Assembly (NCBI GenBank): GCA_001687465.1
Contig: LVLI01000277.1
Span: forward strand, 1-64,000
Direction of reading: 5' to 3'
Origin: Halocafeteria seosinensis
Lineage: Eukaryota
DNA length: 64,000 bases
Position 1 is the first letter of the stretch, and each line of letters begins with the position of its first letter. The position numbers and the translations under genes were made by a program. Positions 1 through 13,005 of this stretch are shown in pieces. Below the pieces are notes generated by a model. That model saw only the letters and a program-made list of their open reading frames with translations. It had not been told where the DNA came from and ran no database searches.

Positions 1-28
1 CCCCCTGGCTGTTGCATTGCCGTCCTTA

Positions 29-1802
29 GGTAGAAATTACCGACGTGGACGCTATGGCGCAGCAGAAACCTAGCCGTACCTACGCCGAACGCGCTGAGGA
101 GACGGATGCATCAGCTTATGTGGTTGTGGCAGGAGCTGTACAGCATGCACTCCAATGGGTGCCTCACAAGAACCCTATCACGCTGTATGTTACGTTGTGC
201 ACTTAGTGTATCTTGACGTGGTATCTTCAACGTGGTGCTTGCAGAGCTATGGGTGCGCAGCAACTGCTCGAAGAATCAACTATTCCTGAGTTGGACGAAA
301 CGACCCTCAAGCAGCTAGAAAGTCAAGGAAAAGTCATTCGAGATCCGGCAAGAATCTCGCAATGGTACAAGAGCCTGAAGCTCACCCAAGCAGCCTATGG
401 TAGCAGCGACGAAGACATCTCCATTCGGGGAAATGTCAACCGAGGTACAGTGTGCACTGGCGGTAGGAGTTCTTAACTCTCCCTACAACCACCTACTGCT
501 TATCCTACGTGCTATCGCAGATAATTTGCTCTTAACAAACTGGTCATCAAAAGCTCTCCGTCCAGCACACTACTTGATACAATTGGAAGACCATCTTGTT
601 TTAGGAATCCGCGGTAAGCTGAGCATATATATGCCGGTCAACGTGTTGACCCTCAGCATGTAACTCATCATACCTTTCCTCCTCCAGGGACTGAAAATAT
701 TGCTGATGCATTGACTGACGTAGCTGGGGCGCCTGTAGAGTACAAGTTTAAGAAAGCTCATGGATGTGTCCACGGAGGAATGCTTCGTGCTGCCTTGTGG
801 ATCGTCGACAACATCAAGGAAAAACTGCTCCAATATCAGGATAATAAGAATGAACGCCCTACTTTGCACATTGTGGGTCACTCGCTTGGAGGGGGGGTGG
901 CTTCACTAGTGGCAGTCATCTTGCTTGATAGGGAGGAGTTTAACTCCTTTCAAATCTCGGCGACTACGTTTGCACCGGCGGCAGTTGTGACCAAGGAAAT
1001 AGCAGAGGCATATTCCCCATACGTAGATGCGGTTTTGGGAGAAAACGATATTATTCCTCGCTTTGAATGCCACAGTGGTAAGCAGCTCGCAATGGAGCTT
1101 TATGAGGCTTCCAAGAGAAGAAAGCAACACTTAACGGAGCGGTTCTACAACAGCCGTGCTGCCGAATTGGGTAGAGAATTGAAGTCCTCGAATACATTCT
1201 TGGCATTCAAGAACTACAAAGACCAGCTTTCCGAAAAATACGGTCAATCTATTGCGGAATCCAAAAAGTCAGCTACTGACGCCGGTAGACAAGCTTTCAC
1301 CTCAGCCAAAGCTGCGGCCGTAAGCGCATTTAAGAAAGGGAAGGATACATGGAAGTCGAGTTTTTCGAATAAGCAGACAGAAAGTGGTGGAAATCCGTTT
1401 GCAGAAGAAAGCGAACTCACTGAAGAAGCAGAGAATGATTGGTCGGAATCGTTGCGACCTGAGGAGGAATACGAGGAAATAGCCGGCGAAAAGCTCGCGT
1501 TTGCTAAAGAACTGAAGAAAATTTATCCTATAGGGAATTTGTTTATGATACGGAAGTTATGGGAGGAAAAAAATCCGCATCAGGAAGAAAGTAACCCGTT
1601 TCAAGACGATTCGGGGTCTGCCGAACATGCCACGTACCAAAGATCTTCCGGAGAGCGTCATGTCCTTGTTTCTGTGCCTCGAGAAGTAGTGGACGAAGTT
1701 GTTGTAAACCCAAGCATGCTTGCTGACCACTTTTTGTCAAACATCCTCAATGGTGTACTTAGCGCCTTGGACTACTCGCGCGAACATCCTGAAACATCCT
1801 AA
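29..1802 (+). CDS. Lipase class 3 / DAG-lipase-like protein (5' end probably outside window; introns about 185-244, 445-520, 613-687)
   Basis: HGGMLRAA motif, GHSLGGG nucleophile elbow, TFAP, DIIPR (Asp) and DHFL (His); GT-AG introns join upstream exons encoding AAYG and LVLGIRGT. Confidence 0.85.
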
Positions 1803-1810
1803 ACTACTGT

Positions 1811-4400
1811 TTATTGAAAAGATCTATGGGAAAACGAACTTTTAGAGCTTCTAGACGAAACCGGACGATTCTTTCTTATTTCCCTGCTCTGTTTTCTTTG
1901 AAGAGTGGCTGTTCCTGGACGGACTGCTTTGGCTTCAATTCCATGATACGTGTCCTGCAGGATACTATCGTAGTGTACATCTCCTCCATCTTGTGGTGTA
2001 CCTGGCCTCCCTAAATATCTCAGTGCCAGAGCCCGTACTTCCTTAGAGGTTAAAGCGATACCCTTGGAAGCACACACGTCCCTGAAATGTCCACTGTCGA
2101 CAAAACCTTCATCAAATCCATGCTTTTCCTGATGCTTTTTCAGAAGACGATAAACCTGTGCTAAAGACTTCGTTCCAAGTACCTTTACCATCTTCTGTCG
2201 CGTCGACTCCAAATCAATATTTCTAGTGCTTACACTCGAGATGGTACTCTCACCGTCTTCATAAGATTTCTCATTCGGTTTAGATGATTGTTGGCCTCCG
2301 TCCAATGCGTCCAAGTTAATGCGTTCAACAGATGATGAATCGGCTTGCCCTGACTCTTTACTGTTGAGACAGGAATTATCCTCCTCAATACAACCTCTCT
2401 CTTCTTCATTGCAGCCCAGTGGTCTATTCGTTCCGAGAATCACACGGTTTCTATCATTCGCAATCCAAAGCCCTCCAAATTTCCCTACTAGTTCATTGTA
2501 GTTAATGAAATTTTCTCCAGCAGAAAATTCGCGAACAAGTGAGGATACAGTTGGATCACTCAGTCGGATTCCAGAATCTCGGATGGCGTTCTGGAATTCT
2601 CTGAGAGACAGCACCCCTCTATTACTGGTATCAAACCTTCTGAACTGGTCCTGCAGCTCGCTGTATTTCCCATAGGCTCCTAATAACATTTCCGCTTGTG
2701 CTTGGGACAGTTTAAGACGTTGACCGAGCATCCGTGCCTTTTCCGAAAGGGTGGTTGCTTGACGCTCCGGCGTAGTCGGCCGCAGCTGTTCGATGTTGGT
2801 GCGTTTTGTATTCATACTGCTGCTTCCCGCTTTCGTGTCCTTGTGAACGAGCACTAAGTTCATAGAATCAGGATGAACAAGTGTCCCCACTTTTGAGTTG
2901 AATTCATCATAGTTAATAGTTCCTTGATTCTTTGGATCGTACTTTTCACAGAGGTCTCGGAAATCCGGCGCGCATAAATTGAGACCCAATTCCTTCAATG
3001 CAAGGCGGAAGTCCGTGACACTAATCTGAATGCGCAGTTCTCATTTAAAAATTTCAAAGGCAGGAGACTTTTGTTATCACGTACCCTTCCAGTTCCTGCT
3101 CTATCAGCGTTACGAAGGGTTCGTTGCATGTCGGCGTATCTTCCCCAGAGTTTTGCAGCTATAAGCCTCTCAGCATGAGACAATTCTTGAATGGGAGTAC
3201 TCTCGTAAGCATGCGCTTCCTTCGCTTTGTCCATAGCCTCATCTACTGCGCATACAACGTTGTATCATTTGCATAGTATAGGTCTATCGAAGTGGTGAGT
3301 TTACCTTGTAGAAAGTCCTTCATCGCTCTCCGGAATTGATCGAAGGATAGTCCGTAGTGATCATCATCGGGGCTTTTGTACTGTAAGCATGTGCTTTCTG
3401 TACGTGTCACACAACTACATTTGCAGCATATTGGGAAAGACATACCTTTCGAATCATTTGATGGGTTTCTTCATCACTAATACTAGGTAGTCCAGTGTCT
3501 CTAAGAGCCTGTTGGAGTTCCGTTTGGCTGATACTTCCACTATGAGAACTATTGACAAAGCAGAAAGCATCTTCTAATTTCTTCAGCTTCTTCTGCAAAT
3601 TTACTGCAAATTTTTGACAGTTTGCGTTTCTCACACGTGGTGTTTCTGGTCGAGTTGAAATTGTGGCTGACGGAGGATGTATTATGTTTCCAACTGTTGA
3701 ACAAGGTCTTAAACGGATAAAGGGAACGGGATAGACATACTAAATTCAAAGGTACCCTCATACCTTTATTGTTGAACTCAACGTATGCCAGTCTTCCTCT
3801 CCCAGCAGTGTCGAAGAACCCCCATAGCTTCTCATATTCTTGGTCACGGATTTCGATCCCTAAAAGCTTCACTGTGACGACACCAGGAAAACCAAAACAC
3901 ATTCAGAAAGGGCAGCAGGGAATAAAACTCCTGGGATACCTACATTGGTTTCTGAATTCTTTCTTGCTTACAAATCCATCACAGTCCATATCCATTTGTA
4001 CAAAAGCATCTTTCACCCTTCTGTAGCGTGAAGCAAACTTATCCTCAATGATCTCCAGAGCTTTCCGCGCGGAGACGGATGGAGGACTGATGACAGGCGT
4101 TGGGCGCGCCACTCTCTGTCCTTGGATGCTTAGTTCGTTCGACATGATGAACGACTGAATCAGTGCTCGTTTATCCACCGGAAAAGGTTCACTCAAGTCT
4201 TGTTCTTCGCGGACAACGGGGTACAAGTTGGATCTCCTTAGATACGGCCGACCTTGGGGACGTTGCTATCAGTTTTTTGGTGTCTTCGCTTGTTGATGTG
4301 TTCCTAACTTGCTTTCAACAATCGTTGTTTATATAGTAACACTATACCTCCTCTCCCGTCAAACGGCTACTCGAGCGCGTTTTCAGGTGGTCGATTCTTC
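1811..4400 (-). CDS. Multi-EF-hand calcium-binding protein (multi-exon; 5' end unresolved)
   Basis: Repeated EF-hand loops across ORF pieces separated by short GT-AG introns: DMDCDGFVSKKEF, DTAGRGRLAYVEF, DRAGTGRV, DPKNQGTINYDEF, DTSNRGVLSLREF. Confidence 0.75.
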
Positions 4401-4764
4401 ACGAGAGGATCTCGGAGATTCCGCATGTAGACAGCAAACAAATGTTTCACTGGTGTCGGTCGAATTCACTTGACTCGAAGGGTTAAGAGGCTTGTCATTC
4501 AGTTCCTTCGCGGCGAAAGCAAGGTCTCGAGTAGGTTCTTAAGAGCGCACGGGAAGGGCTTGCATTGTTTGGCCGAGTAAGTGTGAGGCTGTCGTATAAA
4601 AGGAGGGGGGTGTTCTGAGACGAGAGAAAGGAAGAATCAGGGACAAAATTACATGTATCTGGTTCCACATCTCTGCTATTCTATGCTCACCCTTGTGGCT
4701 TTTGCCGCAGAACTGTATTGGACAGACTTCTTGTAGTGGTAGCGGAACGTGAGGCAGAAACGTG

Positions 4765-7700
4765 ATGAAATTCCAGCACGGCCAAGGAGATCTTCGCAGA
4801 GGCCGCACGGTGTCCGCTGGAATCGCGTTGGTCGCTGTCGTTTACGCTTTCCTGGCGATGACAGTTCCGTTGGTAGAAGCTGCGGCTCCAAAGAATAAAG
4901 TGCGCTTCGGAATACTTCTTCCCATCAAGGACTCGCTCTGTGTTAGTGGTATGCAGTATTGGATCACCGCGCAAAAAGCGAAAGAGGACTTTCAAGCGAA
5001 CCCAGATGTGGACTGGGAGCTGGAGTTGCTCCCATTAACAGCAGATACTTCGTTTGAAGCATGGAAGAGTAGCAGTGACTTTCTCGAGCTGGATCCATGC
5101 GATGAAGGTCAGGCGAACTGCAGCGTCCTTCAAGCTGGTTTGATCGGTCCACCCGAAACCGAGCCTACTCGGTTCGTCCAGTTTGTGGCACACACGAAGG
5201 ACTACCCGGTCTTGAGTTTTAGCGCTACAGGAAATGATTTGTCCAAGAATTTAGGAGGCAGTGTGTTGGATAAGCAGGACAAGGAGTTCTTCAGAGTCAC
5301 TTACACCGATAGTCTCGTTGGAGCGGCGCTGTGGAATGCGGTCCATCACTTCGGATTTGAACTTGTCTCGGTGGTTTACGAAGGCACTGCGTATGGCCGC
5401 TCGTTGATAGAGTCATTGGAGTCATTTGCCGCGTCTTCAGAAATCGATATTGTTACTTCTCAAGGCTTTGATGTAAACTCACCTTCATCAGTACGAGATG
5501 CACTGTCAGAAGTTGAAGAACGACGTGCTAGGATTATTTTGTTGTTGTCCTTTGGTAGTAATGCAGCGATGGTGCTAGACGAAGCACATAAGAAAGAGAT
5601 GTATGGCAAGGGTTGGAACTGGTTAGGAACAGACTGGGTTACCATGAATCTAGCGGACATTCCTTTCAGTGCTGCGCGCTGGCGCGACTCTTCTACAAAG
5701 GAGAAGCAAGAAACGAGCGACCGCATTAAGACGGTCATGGAAGGCGCTGTTGGAGTGGTTCCAGAGAAAGTGGAGGAATTAAATCGTTTTCCGCGTAGCC
5801 AGTATCTTCAGCAAAATTACTCAGCCTTCACAGATGAGCCACTCATTGGTATCCCTCCTTCGAATCTGACATGCAAGCCATTGCAGCGGTTTCCTTTCGT
5901 GGGCGGTATAAAGAACGCTGATATTTTTGTTCCTTATGTCTACGACACGGTGCGTGTGGCAGCACACTCTACGAAGCAGGTTCTACGTGAAAATTCTTGG
6001 GATGAAACGCACCGCGAAATCCGGAAAAAGATTATCCGTAACCTGGAAGAAACTAAAGTTAAATTTTCCCCAACTGATATCCCGATTTCGTTCGATGAAA
6101 ACCATGATAGGAGGAAATTACACCTTCGTTTGTCTAATGTTCAAGAATCTGAAGTCAAATTGGTAGCGGACTGGGAGCTCGCATCGGATATCGAAAGCAT
6201 GAATGACGTATCATGGGATGATTCAGGAGAATGGACGAATTGGAAGACGATTGTATGGCCGGGAGGATCCACTGGAATTCCGTCCGACCGAGTTATAGTG
6301 GACACAGAAGAGACCGCTTTTATAATGTCGGTCGTCTTCGTTGGTTTAGTGATCTCACTGATCATTGGAGTGTTTATACACAAGTTCCATATACACTTTA
6401 TTCCTGAATCAGGAGTGGTCATCTTGTTGGGAATTGCATTTGGATTGATCATCAGAGCTACGGCTGCAGATGAAACTGCGCGAAGTGCCCAGTTTGATGA
6501 AACCCTGTTCATGTTGGTTCTACTACCGATAATTATTTTTGAATCCGGGTATGCTCTGGATAAGCATCCTTTCTTCAGTCAACTGGGTACCATTATTACG
6601 TGCGCCATCGTAGGTACGCTGATCGTCACATTCTTGACAGCATTTGGCCTATGGGGTGTGGGAGAAGCAGGCTTATCGGTACCGCTTTCGATAGAAGAAA
6701 GTATGACGTTTTCTGCCCTGATAAGCGCCGTAGATCCTGTCGCCGTCCTGGCGACTTTTACTATCTTGCGCGTCGATCCTCGGCTAAACTCCCTGGTGTA
6801 CGGTGAAGCTGTAATCAACGATGCTGTTGCTATTGTTTTGTTCCGTACATTTTCAGAATTCATTACTAAAGAGATTGACTCTAGCTCTGTTGGAGAAGCC
6901 ATCGGCTCCTTTTTTGGTGTGCTACTGGGATCTGTTGTCATCGGCGCGCTCCTTGGAATGCTTGCAACATTTATTTTCCGCTTCAAGAGCATGCTGTGGC
7001 CGGGTGCACATCCTCCAGGACTTTTGCAGACTGCTATCCCCTTGTTACTGGCATATTTGTCCTTCGCTGTGGCAGAAGCGTTAGAACTTAGCGGTATTGT
7101 GTGCTCCTTGTTTTGTGGTATTATGATGAATCACTATATGAAGAAGGCCTTGAGTGAGGAAGGTGAGTTTCTCACAATGCGGGTGTTTCGATTGTTGGCA
7201 GTGCTTGCGGAATCCGGAGTGTTCTTTCTTATCGGTATGAATATTGTTCTTTACTCTGGTACGTAGTTTCAAATTGCTGTAGAAAGCACTGACTTTGTTA
7301 TGGCTTATTTACTTCTATGCAGGAGATTTCGACTTGAAGTTCTTTCTCTGGACTACTTTCTTCTGCCTGGCTACAAGACTGTTCCATGTGTTTCCCATTT
7401 CATTCATCCTTAACCTAGGAAGGAAAGAGAAAATTCCGATGAAATATCAAGCCGGTACGTAGACAGAATCATGCTGTTGTGCACGCTTAATAGGCAAATA
7501 ACCCCATCAATTTGCAGTTATGTATTGGGGGGGTGCTCTCCGTGGAGCGGTGGCTTATGGAACTGCAGTCTTGTTTCCTAGTCAGTATAAGGACTTGGTG
7601 GTAACTACTACTGCGTGGGTGGTAATGTTCACTATCTTCGTGAACGGAGGCTCGACCACGACACTTCTCGATAAGCTGGGCATACCGATGGGAGTTGAGC

Positions 7701-7996
7701 CCGAAGAAGAAAAAGATGAAGAGACGCGACACAGGCTCCGCGTAGGAATGACTCACCAGTCGGAGAAAGAATCAATTTTCAAAGGACTATTAGCTCGGTT
7801 AGATAGAGGTATTATTCGGCCATGCTTGCATAGCAGAGAAGTTCGCAGGAAACACCGGTACAGGGCAAACTCCCCAGAGGGAGATGCACATGATGCCGAT
7901 AGCAATGAGCCTCTGGCCGTCAACGAAGGCAACTCGCACCCCGCGATAGAAGCTAGCAAAGAGACGGGTAACGACGAATTCACTACACTGCACTAG
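4765..7996 (+). CDS. Venus-flytrap (ANF-receptor/type 1 periplasmic-binding fold) ectodomain fused to CPA1/NHE-family Na+/H+ exchanger; exons 4765-7258, 7323-7454, 7518-7996
   Basis: Signal peptide; VFT motifs GLIGP, PVLSFSAT, FFRVTYTD, YVYDTV, ISFDENHDR, IVWPGG; NHE motifs IPESGVVILLG, LLPIIIFESGY, ISAVDPVAVL, GEAVINDAVAIVL, LSGIV, GALRGAVA; both introns splice in frame. Confidence 0.9.
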
Positions 7997-8054
7997 TGGT
8001 TCCCACGCTAGATAGTTGGCGTGTCGTCCATGTTTAAGAAAAATGTACATAGCT

Positions 8055-11000
8055 CTACGCCCCTACGGTTACCGCTTGTGGCGCTCCGCTTGTGTTTGTT
8101 GCCTCCTGTCCGCTACGGTACGAACTTAGCCTCCTAGCAAAGCGGTTGTACAAAGCGCTAGACTTCGATATGCAACCGCTAACTTCAGCAATGATAGCAG
8201 AACGATTGTCGTTATGTTCACTTCGGGAGACGGCATCTAGAATCACATCGACCATGTCTATTGCTGTATCCTGATCAGATTCTTGACAAACGACAACTGC
8301 CTCGCGAGCAAACTCTTTGACAATGTCTAGATTTTCATCCTGGAGGAGAAGTTTCCATGTGGATCGACCGAGACGGCTACGGAAAAGTTGCTTTCGAATC
8401 CACCGAGTAACATTCTTGTAGCCGTGTTTTTCTAAACATGGTGAAGAAACAACGGCTATACATACGCTGGCAAATTCGTCCATACAGCTTTCCAAGCGGT
8501 CTAACGTTACTGAGGAGACAAGATGTGCAACTAATTGCAACAGATGGGACGCGAAAGCGGGAACGCAGGAATTCCCTCCACCCATTTCCTCGTTGCTTTC
8601 AAGATGCTCCCATGTGGGTATCGGTTGCAACAGCTCGGCCATATCAAAGTCTGCCACAGCTTTGAAAAAGTTGTCCACCCACTGTTCGGTCGGTATGTCG
8701 AACGACGTGCAATCAGAGAAGAAAGACAAGAGCGTCCCCATAGTCTCGTTTAGGGCTTTCCGTCTGCGTCTATCGGCAACAGAGGCTTTAGCATCAGAGA
8801 TGGCCGATCCACACTTTGCTAGAGAGTACAAGCCTGTAGAATCGAACCATGCAGCCAGTTCGGCGCACATTGTCCGCGCTTCGGTGTTCAGCACCCGGGA
8901 TCCATTATCTTCACCGACGTCAGATGTACTGTAACTGTAACGCAAGAGGCATTGGCAGAATACTCTTACAACAGTTCCGACAGTAATAAGGGGCTTAGAT
9001 GATTCCGTAGCATCAATATCCTCGATATGTCGAAGGCATTGAATGACAACGTTATGCATGCTTTGAACAATAGTTCCGCACTCCGATGTCACAAGAAAGT
9101 TCGGGTTGTAGTTGAGCATATGCTCAACAGCGTACCACATGCTGGCAACGTCAACTTCCCGTTCCCCTTTACCCCTTCCTTTCTTTCTTTTTGGTCCTTT
9201 TCCAGTAGTTGACGACAAGAACATGTCTGTTTCCGTGATGCAGCTTTGCAGAAAATCGTTTTCTGAGCCCCAACAAGAAAGTGCCTCAGCTAGGGGCAGG
9301 AGATCTCCAGCGAAGTGTCCTTTCTCGTCGAGCGCTATACCAGCAATTTGTTCTCTAACAACTGAGGCGATTTGCTCAGCGTTCTCTTCGGGCAGAAAGC
9401 CGGATATCTTGATCAGACAGTTATTTATCTCGCCACTCTTATCAACTCCTTGAAACACCGATATCCACTCAGACAGAACATCAGAGGTAAATGCAGTGTG
9501 TAGCTTCTCTTTTACTTCGCTGTTTTCGCCACTTTGCAGCTCTGAGGTAATGTTCTCCCAAAGGGCCACTATCGATTGCACGAAACCCTTCATCAACATC
9601 ACGTTGGAAACGTGCAATGGAGATGCATCGTTTCTTTGCCTCTTCCTAGCACCTTCTTTCTCTACCGCTTTGCCGATAGCTTTGTGAATTAAGAGGATCA
9701 GTTTGGTTACGGAAGGCACTGGAATATGTCTATGCAAGTTCTTGTATAGCACCAGCGTTGCTGCGGGATAGTCCGTAAGCGATTGAATTACTCGGTTAAT
9801 CAACTCAGCCCCGCCCGCATCCTCTGGATAGAAGGAAGGATGAAGCAATTTTACAAGCTGGTAACAAACTTGCTGATTTTCAGCATCCATCGCAAGACGG
9901 GCCATCAGTTCCTTGGTTGGAACAATCTGCATTGTTCAGCAAACAGCGTAAGATCTTGACAATTTCACACACCATTCCAAGTCGAAGTACTTGCCTCATA
10001 AAAGTGCATACCCTTGATGGATTGCACCCGCTGAAGCACTTTGATAAATTCGATGCGGACCTTATCGTTCTTGTCGTGGATGCTCTTCCAAAGAGTCGAG
10101 AGTAGCTGCTTCATCGTATCGTGAGTACATGCCTGGAGCCATTTTGGACACTCAGTTGACTCTCTGCAACAAGCTTATCGTTTTGTTAGTACTTACTTGA
10201 TCCAGTAGATATGCAAATCCTTCGAATACGGCTTGTCTCACATTCGGGCTATTAGAGTCATGAGCGCTTTCTGTGGTGAGCTGTTTCAACCACGTTTTTA
10301 TCGTTTGGGTTGGTAGAATTTCCCAAAAGATGGAAACTACTTTACACACACCATGCACAGCATGCTTTCTTATGTCGGCACTGCGGTCAAACAATAGCGC
10401 AGACAAGAAATCTATTTGAGTCTGCATCGTTTCATCGAATTCATCGGGTGAGGCCTTGACGTTTCCAAGAGGGAAAGCATCCAGAAATAGCAGTGTTGCA
10501 TTCAAGCGAACCTTCGCGTTCGGCGCTTCCAGTGCCCGCCACAGTATAGGAGAATATAGACGGCTGACAAGCTCGGATACCCCTTTGTGTGTCTTCTGCT
10601 GGGTAAAGTTCCAGAGAAACGTGCGAACGGCATTGAATGTTCCTTGTTTTTTGCAGTTGACTCCGCGAGCCATTAGATCCTGGATGCAGCTCTCCTCTAT
10701 TCTTTGTTTAATCTGTGGTTCCGCGCGGCTCCATGCTTTGAAGTAGAGATCTTGATAGGCATTGATATATGCCTTGGTAGAGTAGGGAATTTGATTCTTA
10801 ACGGCTTGATGGATGTCTTCCACGAAACCCTCACTTAGCAGGAGAAATTGTTCTAATACCTTGCGGTTTTCTTGAGTACGGAGGTACAACGGCGAAATAA
10901 AGCATCGAAGCATTAGTTCCCGTAGACCATCACTGCTTTCATCCTCCAAGTCAAACAAATCCAGAGCATCTTTCATTTCATACACTCGTTTTACGTCTGC

Positions 11001-11639
11001 ATTTTTGGCATTCTCTTCCAGAGATAACACTAGTAAGGCCGGCACTGTATGCAGGATAACGTTTTCCCTTCCAACCCTTCGTTGTTTCCACACGGTAGAG
11101 CAAATTCTCAGAATTGCATTTTGTAGCAATGAACCCTCTGGTCCTGCAAGATAGAAGAGCTGGTCGTGCAGGGTTGTCACAATCTCAATGAATTTTTCGC
11201 TCAGTGGCACCAGTGAGTTCTTGTTGACGTGAGCAGTGCTGCTTTCCGATTTATTTAGGAACGCTTGAAGAATGGAACAGAAGTTCCGTAGGAGCTTCAG
11301 ATCAGCCACAATGACATCAGTTTCTTCGCTTTCGTCTTGTTGCTGCTGCTGGACCATGCTATGCTCTTCCAAAGCATCCAGGAAGTTTTCTTGGTTGACG
11401 ACTGCCTTTACGACTTCCGAGACGTCTTTCCAGAATGCCTCTAATTCTTTGGAGCTAAATCCTGCCAGGAAAGCGTCCACATCGAATTTCGGTACTCCTC
11501 TGTTGTTTGTCTCGAAAAAGCCATGTAATTCTTGTAGCTTGGCGTCAGCATCTCCTTGAGGGTCCTCTGCGCAGCGTTTAGCGCAAGTTTTCAAGTCTTT
11601 ACGGAACTGCTTCCGCAGTTGTCCTAGTTCCTCTGTCAT
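8055..11639 (-). CDS. NCAPG2: Condensin II complex subunit G2; introns 10133-10196 and 9927-9994 (GC-AG)
   Basis: LMLRCFISPLYL, IEESCIQDLM, RLYSPILWRALEAPNAKVRLNATLLFLDAFPL, AHDSNSPNVR, IHDKNDKVR are typical CAP-G2 motifs. Confidence 0.9.
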
Positions 11640-11845
11640 GTCGCGCAGGTTACCAAGACAGTATTGATGCTTTTCTCAGGGTGATCACCTTTTGTTGTCG
11701 TTGTACCGTATCAATGACACATAACAATGGCATCTGTGGCTGCAGCAGCCGTTAAGCCAGTTTGTGAAGCTCAAGCGCTTGATAACCCTTGCCCCGTCAA
11801 TCCCCTCTTCCCACCTTTTTTGTCTTTTCTTCTTGAAGTCAACGC

Positions 11846-11908
11846 GCGCGAAAGGTGGTGCCTCCTTTTCCGCACCGCTGGCGAATTTGAATTCTACAGG
11901 TGTTTGAA
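11846..11908. promoter_or_regulatory. Putative E2F site and two CHR-like elements in the NCAPG2/ECO1 bidirectional promoter
   Basis: GCGCGAAA (TTTCGCGC on the minus strand) at 11846-11853; TTTGAA at 11886-11891 and 11903-11908. Confidence 0.4.
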
Positions 11909-12022
11909 ACCAGGGGAGGCGCTCTTTTTTATAGCCAATTTTGGAGGATTTGTGGGGATAAACTAGCTTGCATACCCTTTTACGAGATTTTGCTGATAGC
12001 TTATCCTCCTTCAAGAACGAAT

Positions 12023-13000
12023 ATGTCTCACAGGAACTCACTGCTGTCATGGGTTAACGGCCGCTCCCCACCTGTGAAGAGGAATATACAGCAGAAGAAG
12101 CAGCATGCAGGTTCCGTCAAGTCAAGCAGGAAGTCAGAATCACCACCTGATGTCTCATCGTGTAGTATACTTGGGTCTCCGTCGGTGGATCCACCTGGAG
12201 GAGATAGCTGGAAGGCACGAGAGAGCCCTACCATGCATTTGAATTTTTCGGACTCGTCTGGAGCTGGAGGGACAGAATATGAGAGACAGGACAGTAAACC
12301 TACCCTGTCGAAGAAGAGCAAAGTTCAAACGTTTTTGGATGTGGGACAGAAAGAGTTTGATAAGCGAACATGTGCAAAGTGTGGAATGGTTTACTCTTTT
12401 GGTCACGCGGTAGATGAGAAAGATCACCAGAGATATTGCAAGAACTTCCAGAAAATCTCCTTCCAAGGGTGGAATGAAGAAAGGGTGATTCAGAGAATAC
12501 ATCATAACAAAACGAGGATTATTTGTGTGGACAAGGACGATTTTGCCATCCGTGCGAGGAAATTACGAGAGGTAATGAACCGTCTAGCTGAAGAATTTGG
12601 GCACAACTCCATTGGCCTAGCTGCGACTCAGCGGATGTTGCTAGCTGTGCATCATGATGAAATTGTAGGGTGCTGTATCTTCGAGACTCTAGACGCAACA
12701 ACAACAGATGTCCAACGACTTAGTAAAACACTAATAGCCCAGAAAGCAAGCCATGAGGATTCCTCATTTGTTGATTTTCTCAGAGAAGCAGCTACAAGTT
12801 GCACGGAGGATCCAAAGACACTAGGAATCGCGTATATTTGGGTAAAAACCAGTTTTCAAAAGAGAGGAATAGGAACGGCCTTAGTTGAATGCGCCCTATC
12901 TTGCGAACGGGCTAAGCAATTGGCATTTTCTCAACCTACTGCCGCGGGTTTCCTACTTGCGGGTCACGTTACAAGCGGGCCAAATGTATACATTTACTAG
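12023..13000 (+). CDS. ECO1: Cohesin acetyltransferase Eco1/ESCO
   Basis: PIP-like QTFLDVGQ, zinc finger CAKCGMVY...DHQRYC, GWNEERV, GIAYIWV...KRGIGTAL, LAFSQPT. Confidence 0.9.
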   Translation: MSHRNSLLSWVNGRSPPVKRNIQQKKQHAGSVKSSRKSESPPDVSSCSILGSPSVDPPGGDSWKARESPTMHLNFSDSSGAGGTEYERQDSKPTLSKKSKVQTFLDVGQKEFDKRTCAKCGMVYSFGHAVDEKDHQRYCKNFQKISFQGWNEERVIQRIHHNKTRIICVDKDDFAIRARKLREVMNRLAEEFGHNSIGLAATQRMLLAVHHDEIVGCCIFETLDATTTDVQRLSKTLIAQKASHEDSSFVDFLREAATSCTEDPKTLGIAYIWVKTSFQKRGIGTALVECALSCERAKQLAFSQPTAAGFLLAGHVTSGPNVYIY

Positions 13001-13005
13001 CACCG

